In this document: piece after piece, positions 49,843 through 59,856 of the stretch | How positions within the stretch are numbered: the stretch's first letter is position 1 | How the letters are laid out: each line of letters starts with the position of its first letter | Assembly (NCBI GenBank): GCA_965204745.1 | Contig: OZ242010.1 | Span: 3,328,001 to 3,392,000 of the forward strand | DNA: 64,000 bases | Direction: 5' to 3' | Source of the DNA: Candidatus Latescibacterota bacterium | Lineage (GTDB): Bacteria; Latescibacterota; UBA2968 | The notes under the pieces: generated by a model | What the model was told of the DNA's origin: nothing | The model's input: the letters and a program-made list of their open reading frames with translations, nothing else | The model's database searches: none | Made by a program: the position numbers and the translations under genes

Positions 49843-50034
49843 TCAGCCTGTCGAGCCAAAGTCGGCGGCGAAGATGAGGAAAAGGGATTCGATCTCTTGC
49901 TTCCGCATATAGGCCAGTGTATCCACACTCGCATCGCCAAAGGACGGTGCCACGTTCGTGTTGCTGGTGAGGAAGAAACTCAGGGTGTTCTCATCGCCAT
50001 TTTCATCTGTGGCGATCAGGGAACAGGCTTTCAT
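49843..50034 (-). pseudogene. Collapsed remnant of an Ig-like/dockerin-tailed surface protein
   Basis: ATDENGDENTLSF..NVAPSFGDASV fused to FLIFAADFG. Confidence 0.5.
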
Positions 50035-53000
50035 TGGAAGTGGGAGTCGGGATAGAGGCTTCGGATGTAGGGTTCAATGTCTTGAGTGGTCGTGCGCGTA
50101 GCATTTTGCTCGATGACGTTCCCTCTGACGAGGGCCTCGTTCCGGAAGAAGAGGACATATCGAATGATCAGGATTATATCCGAGAACAGCCTCACATCGC
50201 CATCGCCATCCACATCGAGAATGTTCTGATTGACCAACGTGTCGAGGTAGGGTTCAATTTCTTGAGCGGTCGTGCGCGTGGCAGTTGGCTCGATGACGTT
50301 CCCTCTGAGGAGGGCCTCTTCCCGGAAGAAGAGGACGTATCGAATGACCAGGATTATATCCGAGAACAATCTCACCCGGCCATCGCCATCCACATCCAAG
50401 TTGGCACTCGGGGTTTCGTCATCGGTCAGGGTCAGGGTCACGGGCGAGGGTGCGGTGATGCCTTGGGCGTTGTTTGCGGTTGCAGACACCGTGACCGTCT
50501 TCTCGTCTGCCTGGTCGTTGTTGTCCACGGCGGTGATCGTCACGATGTCCGTGCTCGTTGTGGTCGCCGCCGCGATGATCAGCGTGTCTGCATTCGATAG
50601 CGTGAAGTCGCTCGCAGTTGCAGGGGACACAGGTGCCGCAGAGACCGTGATCGTCGTGGTCGCGCTCGACGGATGCGACAGGGTCGCGCTCACCGTGGAA
50701 ACCCCGCCGTTTTCCGAGATGGACGAGGGCATCAGCACCAACGTCACGGTCGGCGCATCTTCATCGTCGGTCGTCGTCACTTGAACATCCTCGGAAAGGG
50801 TGTTGTAGTTGGTATCGCCGCTTGACGAGGCGAGCCGCACCGTCCAGGGGATGTCCCCGTCGTCAATGGTGTCGTCCTGTCCGGTCACGGTCACGGTTTG
50901 TGCCGTGTTATAGGCCGTCGGCGTGAAGGTCAGCATCGCAGGCTCAACCCGCCCCTCGCTCGGGTCTTGGCTCGTCACCGAAATCGTCACCGCCGCCGTG
51001 GGTTGCGTCAGTAGGGCCACCGTGAAGGTCGCCGAGGCACCGGCCTCTGTCGCCTGCCCGGTCACCGCGCTGATGTCCAAGCCGAAATCGTTATCGCGGT
51101 TGACCATATACACGCTGATATCGGTGAGCGCGTCATAGTTGGTGTCCTGCGTATCCGTCTGGTTCACCGAAAGGGTGACCGTATAGTTCTGGTTGCCATC
51201 GATGGCGGAGGGGGTATCGTCCTGTCCGGTCACGGTCACGGTTTGTGCCGTGTTCCATGTTGTCGATGAGAAGGTCAGCACCGAGGGCGATACAGTGCCT
51301 TCATCCGTGTTTGAACTGACCACCGAGAGGGCCACGTCCCCCGTCGGCTCGGTGGCGAGCGTGACCGTGAAGGTCGCTGCCCTGCCCGACTCTGTCGTCT
51401 CAAGCCTGACGGTCGTCGAGGTCACCGCCGACACGTCAATCGCCGCAATGTCGTCATCGGTGATCGTCAGCGTCACATCCTGCACGTTGCCCGCGCCGTG
51501 GTCGTTCTCCACAGCGGCGGTCTGCACCATCACCGCGTTGTCTGATGCGTCTATGTCGTTGTTCACGGCGGTGAGTGCCACCGTGTCCGCCGCGTTCGTC
51601 GTATCCCCGGCCGCGATGGTGATCGTCGAATCCGACCCCACCGTGTAGGCATTCGCCACCGGGCGCACCGTGATCGTCGTCGCCGCGCTCGATGGGTGTG
51701 TCAGCGTCGCGCTCACCGTGCTCACGCCGCCGGCCTCCGAGATGGACGCGGGCGACAGCATTAGTGTCACGTCCGGCGCGGCGTCATCGTCCTCTAGCGT
51801 CAATGCCGCCCCGGTCACACTACTCACGCCTTGGGCGTTGCCCGCCACACCGGTCACGGTCACATTCTTATTCGCCGCATCGGTCGTGTTGTCCACGGCC
51901 GTGATCTCTACTGTGTCCGACGTGTTCGCCGTACTCCCGGCCGCGATGGTGATCGTCGAATCCGACCCCACCGTGTAGGCATTCGCCACCGGACGCACTG
52001 TGATCGTCGTTGCCGCGCTCGACGAATGCGACAGTGTTGCCGTGATCGTGGAAACCCCGCCGTTTTCCAAGATGGACGAGGGCGACAGCACCAATGTCAC
52101 GGTCGGCGCCTCGTCGTCGTCCGTTAGCACCAAAGTCTCGTCGGTCACACTGCCTGCGCCTTGGTCGTTGTTCGCCACACCGGACACGGTCACACGCTTG
52201 GCAGGCGCATCGGTCATATTGTTCACTGCTGTGATCGTCACGGTGCCCGTGCTCGTTGTGGCCGTCGCCGCGATGATCAGCGTGTCTGCACCCGATAGCG
52301 TGAAGTCGCTCGCAGTCGCAGGGGACACAGGCGCCGCAGAAACCGTGATCGTCGTGACCGCGCTCGATGGATGCGACAGGGTCGCGCTCACCGTGGAAAC
52401 CTCGGCGTTTTCCGAGATGGACGAGGGCATCAGCACCAACGTCACGGTCGGTGCCTCGTCATTGTCGGTCGTCGTCACTTGAACATCCTCGGAAAGGGTG
52501 TTGTAGTTGGTATCGCCGCTTGACAGGGCGAGTCGCACCGTCCAGGTGACGTCCCCGTCGTCGATGGTGTCGTCCTGCCCGGTCACGGTCACGGTTTGTG
52601 CCGTGTTATAGCCTGACGTCGTGAAGGTCAGCACCGCAGGCTCAACCCGCCCCTCGCTCGGGTCTTGGCTCGTCACCGAAACCGTCACCGCCGCCGAGGG
52701 TTGCGTCAGCAGGGCCACCGTGAAGGTCGCCGAGGCACCGGCCTCTGTCGCCTGTCCGGTCACCGCGCTGATGTCCAAGCCGAAATCGTTATCGCGGTTG
52801 ACCATGTACACGCTGATATCGGTGAGCGCGTCATAGTTGGTGTCCTGCGTATCCGTCTGGTTCACCGAAAGGGTGACCGTATAGTTCTGGTTGCCATCGA
52901 TGGCGGAGGGGGTATCGTCCTGCCCGGTCACGGTCACGGTTTGTGCCGTGTTCCAGTTTGATGGCATGAAGGTCAGCACCGAGGGCGATACAGTGCCTTC

Positions 53001-56000
53001 CGTCGTGTCTGAACTGACCACCGAGAGGGCCACGTTCCCGGTTGGCTCGGAGGCGAGCGTGACCGTGAAGGTCTCTGCCCTGCCCGACTCTGTCGTCTGG
53101 AGCCTGACGGTCGTCGAGGTCATCGGCGACACCTCAATCGCCGCCTCGTCGTCATCGGTGATCGTCAGCGACGCAGCCTGCACGTTGCCCGCGCCGTGGT
53201 CGTTCTCCACAGCGGCGGTCTGCACCATCACCGCGTTGTCTGATGCGTCTATGTCGTTGTCCACGGCGGTGAGTGCCACCGTGTCCGTTGCGTTCGCCGT
53301 ACTCCCGGCCGCGATGATGATCGTCGAATCCGACCCCACCGTGTAGGCATTCGCCACCGGGCGCACCGTGATCGTCGTCGCCTCGCTCGATGGGTGTGTC
53401 AGCGTCGCGCTCACCGTGCTCACGCCGCCGTTCTCCGAGATGGACGAGGGCATCAGCGTCAGCGTCACGTCCGGCGCGGCGTCATCGTCTGTGATCGTCA
53501 AAGCCGTGCCGGTCACACTGCCTGCGCCTTGGTCATTGCTCACCGCAATGGACACGGTCAAGGAATTGTTCGGCGCATCGGTCGCGTTGTCCACGGCCGT
53601 GATCTCTACTGTGTCCGTCGCGTTCGCCGTGTTCCCGGCCGCGATGATGATCGTCGAATCCGAACCCACCGTGTAGGCATCCGCCACCGGGCGCACCGTG
53701 ATCGTCGTTGCCGCGCTCGACGCATGCGACAGCGTCGCCGTGATCGTCGAAACATCGCCGGTCTCTGCAATCGACGCGGGCGACAGCGTCAGGGCCACTG
53801 TCGGTGCATCCTCATCGTCGGTGATCGTCAGGGTCACATCAGCCGGGGCCGACGCCATATTGCCACCCGTCACCGTTGCAGACACGGTCACTTCCTTGTC
53901 CGGCGCATCGGTCGTATCGTTCACCGAGGTGATCGTCACGCTGCCCGTGCTCGTCGTCACATTCGCCGCGAAGGTCAGCGTGGTCGTGGTCGATAGCGTA
54001 AAATCGCCCGCAACCGCAGGCGACACAGCCATCGCTGAAACCGTGACCGTCGCCGCCGCGGTTGCGGTGCGATCCAGCGTCGCCGTGATCGTCGAAACCT
54101 GGGCATTCTCCGTAATCGACGCCGGAGTCAAAACCAACGTCACCTGCGCCACGTCGTCATCGGTAATCGTCAGTGTCGCAGCAGTGACCAATCCCACGCC
54201 CACGCTGTTGGTTAGCGTACTCGACACGGTCACCGTCTTATTCCCCGTAGCCACGTTGTTGTTCACTGTCGTGATCGTCACGGTGCCCGTGCTCGTCGAC
54301 TCGCCCGCCGCGACGGTCAGCGTGTTCGGCGTGCTTAGCGTGTAGTCGGATGATGTAGGCACGGAAACCGTGATCGTCGTCGCCGCGCTTGACGTGTGCG
54401 ATAGGGTCGCCGTCACAGTCGAAACCTCAACCGCCTCTGAAATCGACGACGGGGACACAACCATCGTCACGGTCGGCGCAGCGTCGTCGTCCGTCAGCGT
54501 TAAAGAGGCCCCGGTCACACTACCCGCGCCTTGGGCGTTGCTCATCACACCGGACACGGTCACGTCGCGAGCAGGCGCGTCTTGGGAATTGTCCACCGCT
54601 GTGATGACCACCGTGTCCGACGCGTTCGTCGTGTCCCCGGCCGCGATGGTGATCGTCGAATCCGTCGCCGACACCTCGTAAGCACCAGCCAACGGTCGCA
54701 CCGTGATCGTCGTCGCCGCGCTCGACGGACGCGATAGAGACGCCGTGATCGTCGAAACCGCGCCGTTCTCCAAAATCGACAACGGGTTCGCCGCCAGCGT
54801 CGCTATCGGTGCAGGGTCGTCGTCCTCCAGCGTCAAAGTCGCCTCGGTCACACTGCCCGCGCCTTGGGCGTTGCCCGCCACAACGGACATGTCCACGTCG
54901 CGATTAGGCGCGTCTTGGGTATTGTTCACCGCTGTGATGACCACCGTGTCCGACGCGTTCGCCGTGCTCCCGGCCGCGATGGTGATCGTCGAATCCGCCG
55001 CCACCGTGTAAGCACCCGCCACCGGACGCACCGTAATCGTCGTCGCCGCACTCAACGGGTGTGCCAGCGTCGCGGTCACGGTGCTCATCCCGCCATTTTC
55101 CGAGATCGACGAGGGCGTCAGTGCCAACGTCACTACCGCGGGTTGGAGCTTAAATTGCGCGGTGGTGTCCATGCCGGCATACTTCAAGACCGGATACTGA
55201 TTCGTCGCGCCAAAGGTCCACGGATCGTCGTTGCCGGGTTGTCCGTCGAGGTTGGCGTTCCAGTTGAAGTAGGGATCGCTACTGGTGGCACCGTAGGTGG
55301 TGGCACTTTGGAGCTCGCTGGTCGTCTTGCCCGTGCCGCCGCCGTTGCTGGTGGCCCGGTTGCTGGTTTGGGTGTCCCAAAAGCTTCGGGAGGTGCTGGC
55401 CGAGTTAAGTTTGGATCCTACTAGCCCGCTTACATTGGCTCCGCTACCGGAGACCCTGCCGATGGAATAGGTGTCTGTTACGGAGCCAGCGTGATAACCC
55501 ACCAGCCCGCCGACGCTTGAAGATCCGCTGACGGATGCAGTGGAGTAGCTCGTGGAGATGGTGCCGCTGGTGACGTAGCCTACTAATCCGCCGGTGTATT
55601 GGTTGCCGGAGACGGATCCGGTGCTGAAACAGGCGACGGCTGTGCCGCCCTCGTTGCCTCCGGCTAGGATGCCGCTACCGTGCGATCCCGTGACTTCGGC
55701 GTTGGTTACGCCGAGCGTTTCGATGCGGCCGCCGGTGCCATTGTTGCCGAACAGCCCGACGTAGCTTATGGAGCCTCGGCTGATGAACAGGTTGTTGATA
55801 ATGTGGCCGTTGCCCTTGAAAGTGGTAGCGTATGCGGAGCTTTGTGTGCCGATTGGTTGCCAGCCGTTGCCGCTGTTCCAGTAGGTGGCGTCTGCTGAGG
55901 TGATTGCGCCATCGGTGTTCTCGTCAAAGTCCAGGTCGTTGAGCAGTTCGTAGCCGGTGCATCCCGAGAGGCAACCCATGCGGGTGCTACTGCTGGTGTC

Positions 56001-58934
56001 GCGGCCGGGAAAGGCAGAGTCATAATCGGCGTGGGTAGCGTCGCCATTGCCGTTCAGGTCGTGGCGAATGGCGTTGAGTTGCGCCAGCGTGGTGATAGCG
56101 ATGAGGCCATCGCCATCGGTATCGTAATTGGTGAGGCCTGGAGCGCGCATGACCTCGACCGAGGATCCATCGCGGGCACCGGTTTTGGTGGCAATGACAC
56201 GCACTGTGTAGGTCGTTCCCGTCGTCAAGTCGGGAATCTTGTAGAGCGTATCCGTGGTGGTGGCCTCACGCGAGGCGTCATAGCTCTGCGTGCCGGATTT
56301 CCACTGCACTGTGTACCCCGTCGCACGACTCGCCGCACGCCAGCCCACGTATAAAGTGTCCGCATTGGACGTCACTGCCACAACCGGCCTGCCCGGCGGT
56401 TGCAACGTAAATTGCGCGGTGGTGTCCAGGCCGGCATACTTCAAGACCGGATACTGATTCGTCGCGCCAAAGGTCCACGGATCGTCGTTGCCCGGTTGCC
56501 CATCCAGATTTTGGTTCCAGTTGGCGTAGATGCTACCGGTATAGCCGGTGGGGCTTTGGAGGGCACTGGTGGTTTGAGCGCCAGTGGTGTTGCTGCTGGT
56601 GCCAGCGGTGGTGGTCTGCCCGGTGGTTAGGGTGTCCCAGTAGCTGTTGATCATCGGCGTGGTTGAACTACCCTGTTCTGCCGCCAAGCCGCCGGTGGCT
56701 GTGGTGCCGGTGCTGGCGTTGGAAACAGCACCGATAGCATAGACAGCACTTATCGAGTTCGCGGTATTGACGGTCACGCGGCCTATCAGACCGCCCGCTT
56801 TGACGCCGGTGCCGCTACCGGAAACGTTCCCGGTCGCGTAGCTGGCGCGCAGGTATTCGCTCGCACCGAGATCTATCTGCCCTATCAGGCCGCCTATTTT
56901 GAGGCTGAGGGCGTCGGTGGCACCGGTGCCGGTGCCATTTCCGGAAACGTTCCCAGTCGCGTAGCTGGCGAAGCTGGGGCCTTCCATTCTCCCGATCAGG
57001 CCGCCCACTCTGCCGGTGCTACTTCCGGAAACGTTCCCAGTCGCGTAGCTGACGCTGACCCGGCACTCGGCCCGACCGATCAGGCCGCCGGCGACCAGGC
57101 CGGAACCGGTGAAGGTGACCGTCCCAGTGGCGTAGGTGGTGTCGACGGTACCGAGGCTACCGGCTTCCCCTATCAGGCCGCCGAGGGCAAGCAAAAAGTT
57201 GTTCGTTCCGGTCACATTGCAGGTGGCGTAGCTATCGCGGACGGTGCCATTGGAGTAGCCCAACAGACAGCCGATATAGCCTAAACCGGTACTACTGGTG
57301 GTGTGGGTTACGGAGCCGCCGGCAACATAACTCCCATGCACCGTGCCGCCGGCATTGAGGAGCCCCGCCAAGGCACCGGTTCTACCAACATTCACACCGG
57401 TGGTAGTGCGAGTGTTGGTGACATTCACGTCCAACAAGCCCACATCTCTAATCGTGCCGCTGACATCGCCGAACAGACCGACGTAACCGCCACCGGTGGG
57501 GGTGCTGGTGTTGGAATTGATAAGCAAGTTGGAAATGGTGTTGTCATTGCCGTCAAAGATGGCGGAGAAGGCGGTTGCAGTGCCGCTGGCCGCAACACCG
57601 ATGCCCCTCCAATTGGGGTAGTCGTCGTTGGAATCTACGCTCCCACTGCCATCGGTGTCAAAGTCCAAGTTGTTGAGCAGTTCGTAGCCATTACAGCCGG
57701 TGGACGGACACCCCATGCCCGATAAGGGGGCGGGAAAGGCGGCGTTGTAGGCGGTCGTATCGCTGGTCGAGGCACTCGCGTCTATGGCCCCATCGCCGTT
57801 GAGGTCCCAGCGTATGGCATTGAGTTGCGCCAAGGAGGTGATGTCAATCAGGCGGTCGTTGTCCGTGTCGTAGTCAGTGCCCCGGCCCTGGGCGAACAGG
57901 GAATGACCGCCGTACTTCAGTACCGGGTACTCGTTGCTGGTGCCGAAGTCCCACGGATCGTCTTTGCCTTGGTTATCGCCGGTGTTGGTATTGCCATCCA
58001 AGTTCAGGTTCCAGTTGGCGTAGATGCCGGTGTAGCCGGTGGGAGTTTGGAGATTGCTGGTGCTCTGGCCGCTACCCTTAGGGACCGACCCTGTAGCTTT
58101 TGAGGAGTCCCAGTAGCTGTCGGACGCGCTACCTCCGTCTTCGTCCCCGACTAATCCGCCGGGGTTAGCACCGGTGAGGCTACCTGCGAAGTACGAATTT
58201 GTTATAGTGGCATCGCCCCATATATAGCCTGCCAAACCGCCGACTTGGCTACTGTTGGTGGAGGATGTAACGGATGCATGGGAGTAGCTAGTTGAGATAC
58301 TTCCTGTGGGAAACATGCCGACTAATCCAGAAATTCTATTTACGCCCGTTATTGTGCCGGTGGTGTAGCAGGCGACGATTGTGCCGGAATTAGAGTATAC
58401 CAGAATGCCGCCTTTTTCACTTAACGTAACATTGGCGTTGGTGAGGCCGAGGGTTTCGACGCGGGATCCGGATCCAAATTGGGAGAACAGTCCGATATTG
58501 TCGGTGGAGCTACGGTCGATGAACAGGTTGTCGATGGTGTAGCCGTTGCCTTTGAAATTGCCCGTGTAGGTACCACCTATGGGTTGCCAGCCGTCGCCAT
58601 TGTTCCAGTAGGTGGCGTCTGCTGAGGTGATATCGTCATCGTTGTTCTCGTCAAAGTCCAAGTTGTTGAGCAACTCGTAGCCGGTGCAGGTGGCAGGGCA
58701 ACCCATGCCCGAGGCGGGGTTACTGAAGGCGGTGAAGTAGTTCGTAGAGTCGGTGCTCGACACAACACCATCGCCGTTGAGATCCCAGCGAATGGCGTTG
58801 AGTTGCGCCAAGGAGGTGATGTCAATCAGGTTGTCGTTGTCCGTGTCGTAGTCGGTTTGGGCAAAAGCCGGCCCCGATGCCATCAGCATGACCAGCGTGA
58901 CCAGGGCCAACAAGCGAGCGTAGCGGGACGTCAT
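50031..58934 (-). CDS. Giant secreted adhesin-like protein (3 GLUG-type blocks, FN3, Calx-beta/Ig-like repeats, duplicated dockerin-like tail)
   Basis: Signal peptide; three DYDTD.D.LI.IT.LAQLNAIR blocks with VGGLVG motifs; many SISENGGVSTV...TITDDD units; two LDVDGDG.VRLFSDIIL.IRY units. Confidence 0.88.
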   Translation of the reverse strand: MTSRYARLLALVTLVMLMASGPAFAQTDYDTDNDNLIDITSLAQLNAIRWDLNGDGVVSSTDSTNYFTAFSNPASGMGCPATCTGYELLNNLDFDENNDDDITSADATYWNNGDGWQPIGGTYTGNFKGNGYTIDNLFIDRSSTDNIGLFSQFGSGSRVETLGLTNANVTLSEKGGILVYSNSGTIVACYTTGTITGVNRISGLVGMFPTGSISTSYSHASVTSSTNSSQVGGLAGYIWGDATITNSYFAGSLTGANPGGLVGDEDGGSASDSYWDSSKATGSVPKGSGQSTSNLQTPTGYTGIYANWNLNLDGNTNTGDNQGKDDPWDFGTSNEYPVLKYGGHSLFAQGRGTDYDTDNDRLIDITSLAQLNAIRWDLNGDGAIDASASTSDTTAYNAAFPAPLSGMGCPSTGCNGYELLNNLDFDTDGSGSVDSNDDYPNWRGIGVAASGTATAFSAIFDGNDNTISNLLINSNTSTPTGGGYVGLFGDVSGTIRDVGLLDVNVTNTRTTTGVNVGRTGALAGLLNAGGTVHGSYVAGGSVTHTTSSTGLGYIGCLLGYSNGTVRDSYATCNVTGTNNFLLALGGLIGEAGSLGTVDTTYATGTVTFTGSGLVAGGLIGRAECRVSVSYATGNVSGSSTGRVGGLIGRMEGPSFASYATGNVSGNGTGTGATDALSLKIGGLIGQIDLGASEYLRASYATGNVSGSGTGVKAGGLIGRVTVNTANSISAVYAIGAVSNASTGTTATGGLAAEQGSSTTPMINSYWDTLTTGQTTTAGTSSNTTGAQTTSALQSPTGYTGSIYANWNQNLDGQPGNDDPWTFGATNQYPVLKYAGLDTTAQFTLQPPGRPVVAVTSNADTLYVGWRAASRATGYTVQWKSGTQSYDASREATTTDTLYKIPDLTTGTTYTVRVIATKTGARDGSSVEVMRAPGLTNYDTDGDGLIAITTLAQLNAIRHDLNGNGDATHADYDSAFPGRDTSSSTRMGCLSGCTGYELLNDLDFDENTDGAITSADATYWNSGNGWQPIGTQSSAYATTFKGNGHIINNLFISRGSISYVGLFGNNGTGGRIETLGVTNAEVTGSHGSGILAGGNEGGTAVACFSTGSVSGNQYTGGLVGYVTSGTISTSYSTASVSGSSSVGGLVGYHAGSVTDTYSIGRVSGSGANVSGLVGSKLNSASTSRSFWDTQTSNRATSNGGGTGKTTSELQSATTYGATSSDPYFNWNANLDGQPGNDDPWTFGATNQYPVLKYAGMDTTAQFKLQPAVVTLALTPSSISENGGMSTVTATLAHPLSAATTITVRPVAGAYTVAADSTITIAAGSTANASDTVVITAVNNTQDAPNRDVDMSVVAGNAQGAGSVTEATLTLEDDDPAPIATLAANPLSILENGAVSTITASLSRPSSAATTITVRPLAGAYEVSATDSTITIAAGDTTNASDTVVITAVDNSQDAPARDVTVSGVMSNAQGAGSVTGASLTLTDDDAAPTVTMVVSPSSISEAVEVSTVTATLSHTSSAATTITVSVPTSSDYTLSTPNTLTVAAGESTSTGTVTITTVNNNVATGNKTVTVSSTLTNSVGVGLVTAATLTITDDDVAQVTLVLTPASITENAQVSTITATLDRTATAAATVTVSAMAVSPAVAGDFTLSTTTTLTFAANVTTSTGSVTITSVNDTTDAPDKEVTVSATVTGGNMASAPADVTLTITDDEDAPTVALTLSPASIAETGDVSTITATLSHASSAATTITVRPVADAYTVGSDSTIIIAAGNTANATDTVEITAVDNATDAPNNSLTVSIAVSNDQGAGSVTGTALTITDDDAAPDVTLTLMPSSISENGGVSTVSATLTHPSSEATTITVRPVANAYTVGSDSTIIIAAGSTANATDTVALTAVDNDIDASDNAVMVQTAAVENDHGAGNVQAASLTITDDDEAAIEVSPMTSTTVRLQTTESGRAETFTVTLASEPTGNVALSVVSSDTTEGTVSPSVLTFMPSNWNTAQTVTVTGQDDTPSAIDGNQNYTVTLSVNQTDTQDTNYDALTDISVYMVNRDNDFGLDISAVTGQATEAGASATFTVALLTQPSAAVTVSVTSQDPSEGRVEPAVLTFTTSGYNTAQTVTVTGQDDTIDDGDVTWTVRLALSSGDTNYNTLSEDVQVTTTDNDEAPTVTLVLMPSSISENAEVSTVSATLSHPSSAVTTITVSAAPVSPATASDFTLSGADTLIIAATATTSTGTVTITAVNNMTDAPAKRVTVSGVANNDQGAGSVTDETLVLTDDDEAPTVTLVLSPSSILENGGVSTITATLSHSSSAATTITVRPVANAYTVGSDSTITIAAGSTANTSDTVEITAVDNTTDAANKNVTVTGVAGNAQGVSSVTGAALTLEDDDAAPDVTLMLSPASISEAGGVSTVSATLTHPSSAATTITVRPVANAYTVGSDSTITIAAGDTTNAADTVALTAVNNDIDASDNAVMVQTAAVENDHGAGNVQDVTLTITDDDIAAIDVSAVTSTTVRLETTESGRAATFTVTLATEPTGDVALSVVSSNTDEGTVSPSVLTFSSTTWNTAQTVTVTGQDDTPSAIDGNQNYTVTLSVNQTDTQDTNYDALTDISVYMVNRDNDFGLDISAVTGQATEAGASATFTVALLTQPTAAVTISVTSQDPSEGRVEPAMLTFTPTAYNTAQTVTVTGQDDTIDDGDIPWTVRLASSSGDTNYNTLSEDVQVTTTDDEDAPTVTLVLMPSSISENGGVSTVSATLSHPSSATTTITVSAAPVSPATASDFTLSNADTLIIAAATTTSTDIVTITAVDNNDQADEKTVTVSATANNAQGITAPSPVTLTLTDDETPSANLDVDGDGRVRLFSDIILVIRYVLFFREEALLRGNVIEPTATRTTAQEIEPYLDTLVNQNILDVDGDGDVRLFSDIILIIRYVLFFRNEALVRGNVIEQNATRTTTQDIEPYIRSLYPDSHFQ

Positions 58935-58951
58935 TTTGTCCTCCTCTCCGA

Positions 58952-58973
58952 GGGGGGGGGGGGGGGGGGGGGG
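58952..58973 (-). repeat. G22/C22 homopolymer next to the RBS of the giant gene
   Basis: 22 G on the + strand, ending 18 nt upstream of the ATG at 58934. Confidence 0.85.
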
Positions 58974-59275
58974 TACACTGTACTGATCATCTTAACGGAC
59001 TGTTTCGCAATAAAATAGAACCACACACCAAGACGGGGATGGGCGACATGAACGCCTCTTTTCGCGGAGGGAACATAGGGCAAAATGAGGTTCAAACAGC
59101 GTCTGAAAATGGCGGGAATCATCTGGAGCCTCCTTTGCAAAAGCACTGTCGCACAGACCGGGCGCGGCCTTTCCTCCGCGTTCAAAATCGCAATGGTGAA
59201 CAAAAAAAATAAAAAATCGCGCTCTTATTTGTCAAGCGAAAAAATGACGATGGGATCGGTGGTCAGTCAAGCGAT

Positions 59276-59625
59276 AAGGACAGGCACAGGGTCCTGTCCC
59301 TACGACGGATGGCGGCGGGGGATGCGAGGGAGATAGCGGAGTGGAACGATGAAGCGGCGGTGGGGTGGGGTAATCCGCGCAATCCGCGTAATCCGTTTAA
59401 TCCGCGATTCAGACACGGGTGGGGTGGGGACGGGCACGCACGGGTGGCGGGATGGAGCGACGGGTGGTGGGCTAGTCTCGCCTCTTACCTCTTACTTACC
59501 TCTTACCTCTCGCCTCTTAACCTCTTGCGTCTTACCTCTTGCGTCTTACCTCTTGCGTCTTACCTCTTGCGTCTTACCTCTTGCGTCTTACCTCTTGCGT
59601 CTTACCTCTTGCGTCTTACCTCTTA
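59276..59625. repeat. REP + nonamer module and (CTTACCTCTTGCGT)n tract
   Basis: Paralog of 38641-38810; 14-mer tandem 59520-59625. Confidence 0.85.
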
Positions 59626-59654
59626 AATGCGTGTCCCGTTGGTTTTGTGCAAAC

Positions 59655-59843
59655 TCAAAGACCGAGAATTTCGAGCAACCTCTGCAACCCTTTGTCGTAT
59701 CGCGCCGCCCGCTCAAGATCGGATAAGCCGAAGCGAGGGGCCAATTGATCCGCTGTCAGTTTCTTGCTGTATTCGGGCCAAACTCTCCGAAGTTCCCTCA
59801 TCGCGTTACCCGTAATTTTCCGATTCTCATACCCTCGGTGCAA
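59655..59843 (-). pseudogene. Probable RloB-like C-terminal remnant
   Basis: Short ELRRVWPEYSK...LERAA...LLEILGL directly downstream of a RloA-type ATPase. Confidence 0.5.
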
Positions 59844-59856
59844 GGCGCATTATTGT

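Noticed and set aside
58980-59260. Riboswitch upstream of the giant surface gene
   Set aside because: No recognisable consensus by eye; an Rfam scan would be needed.
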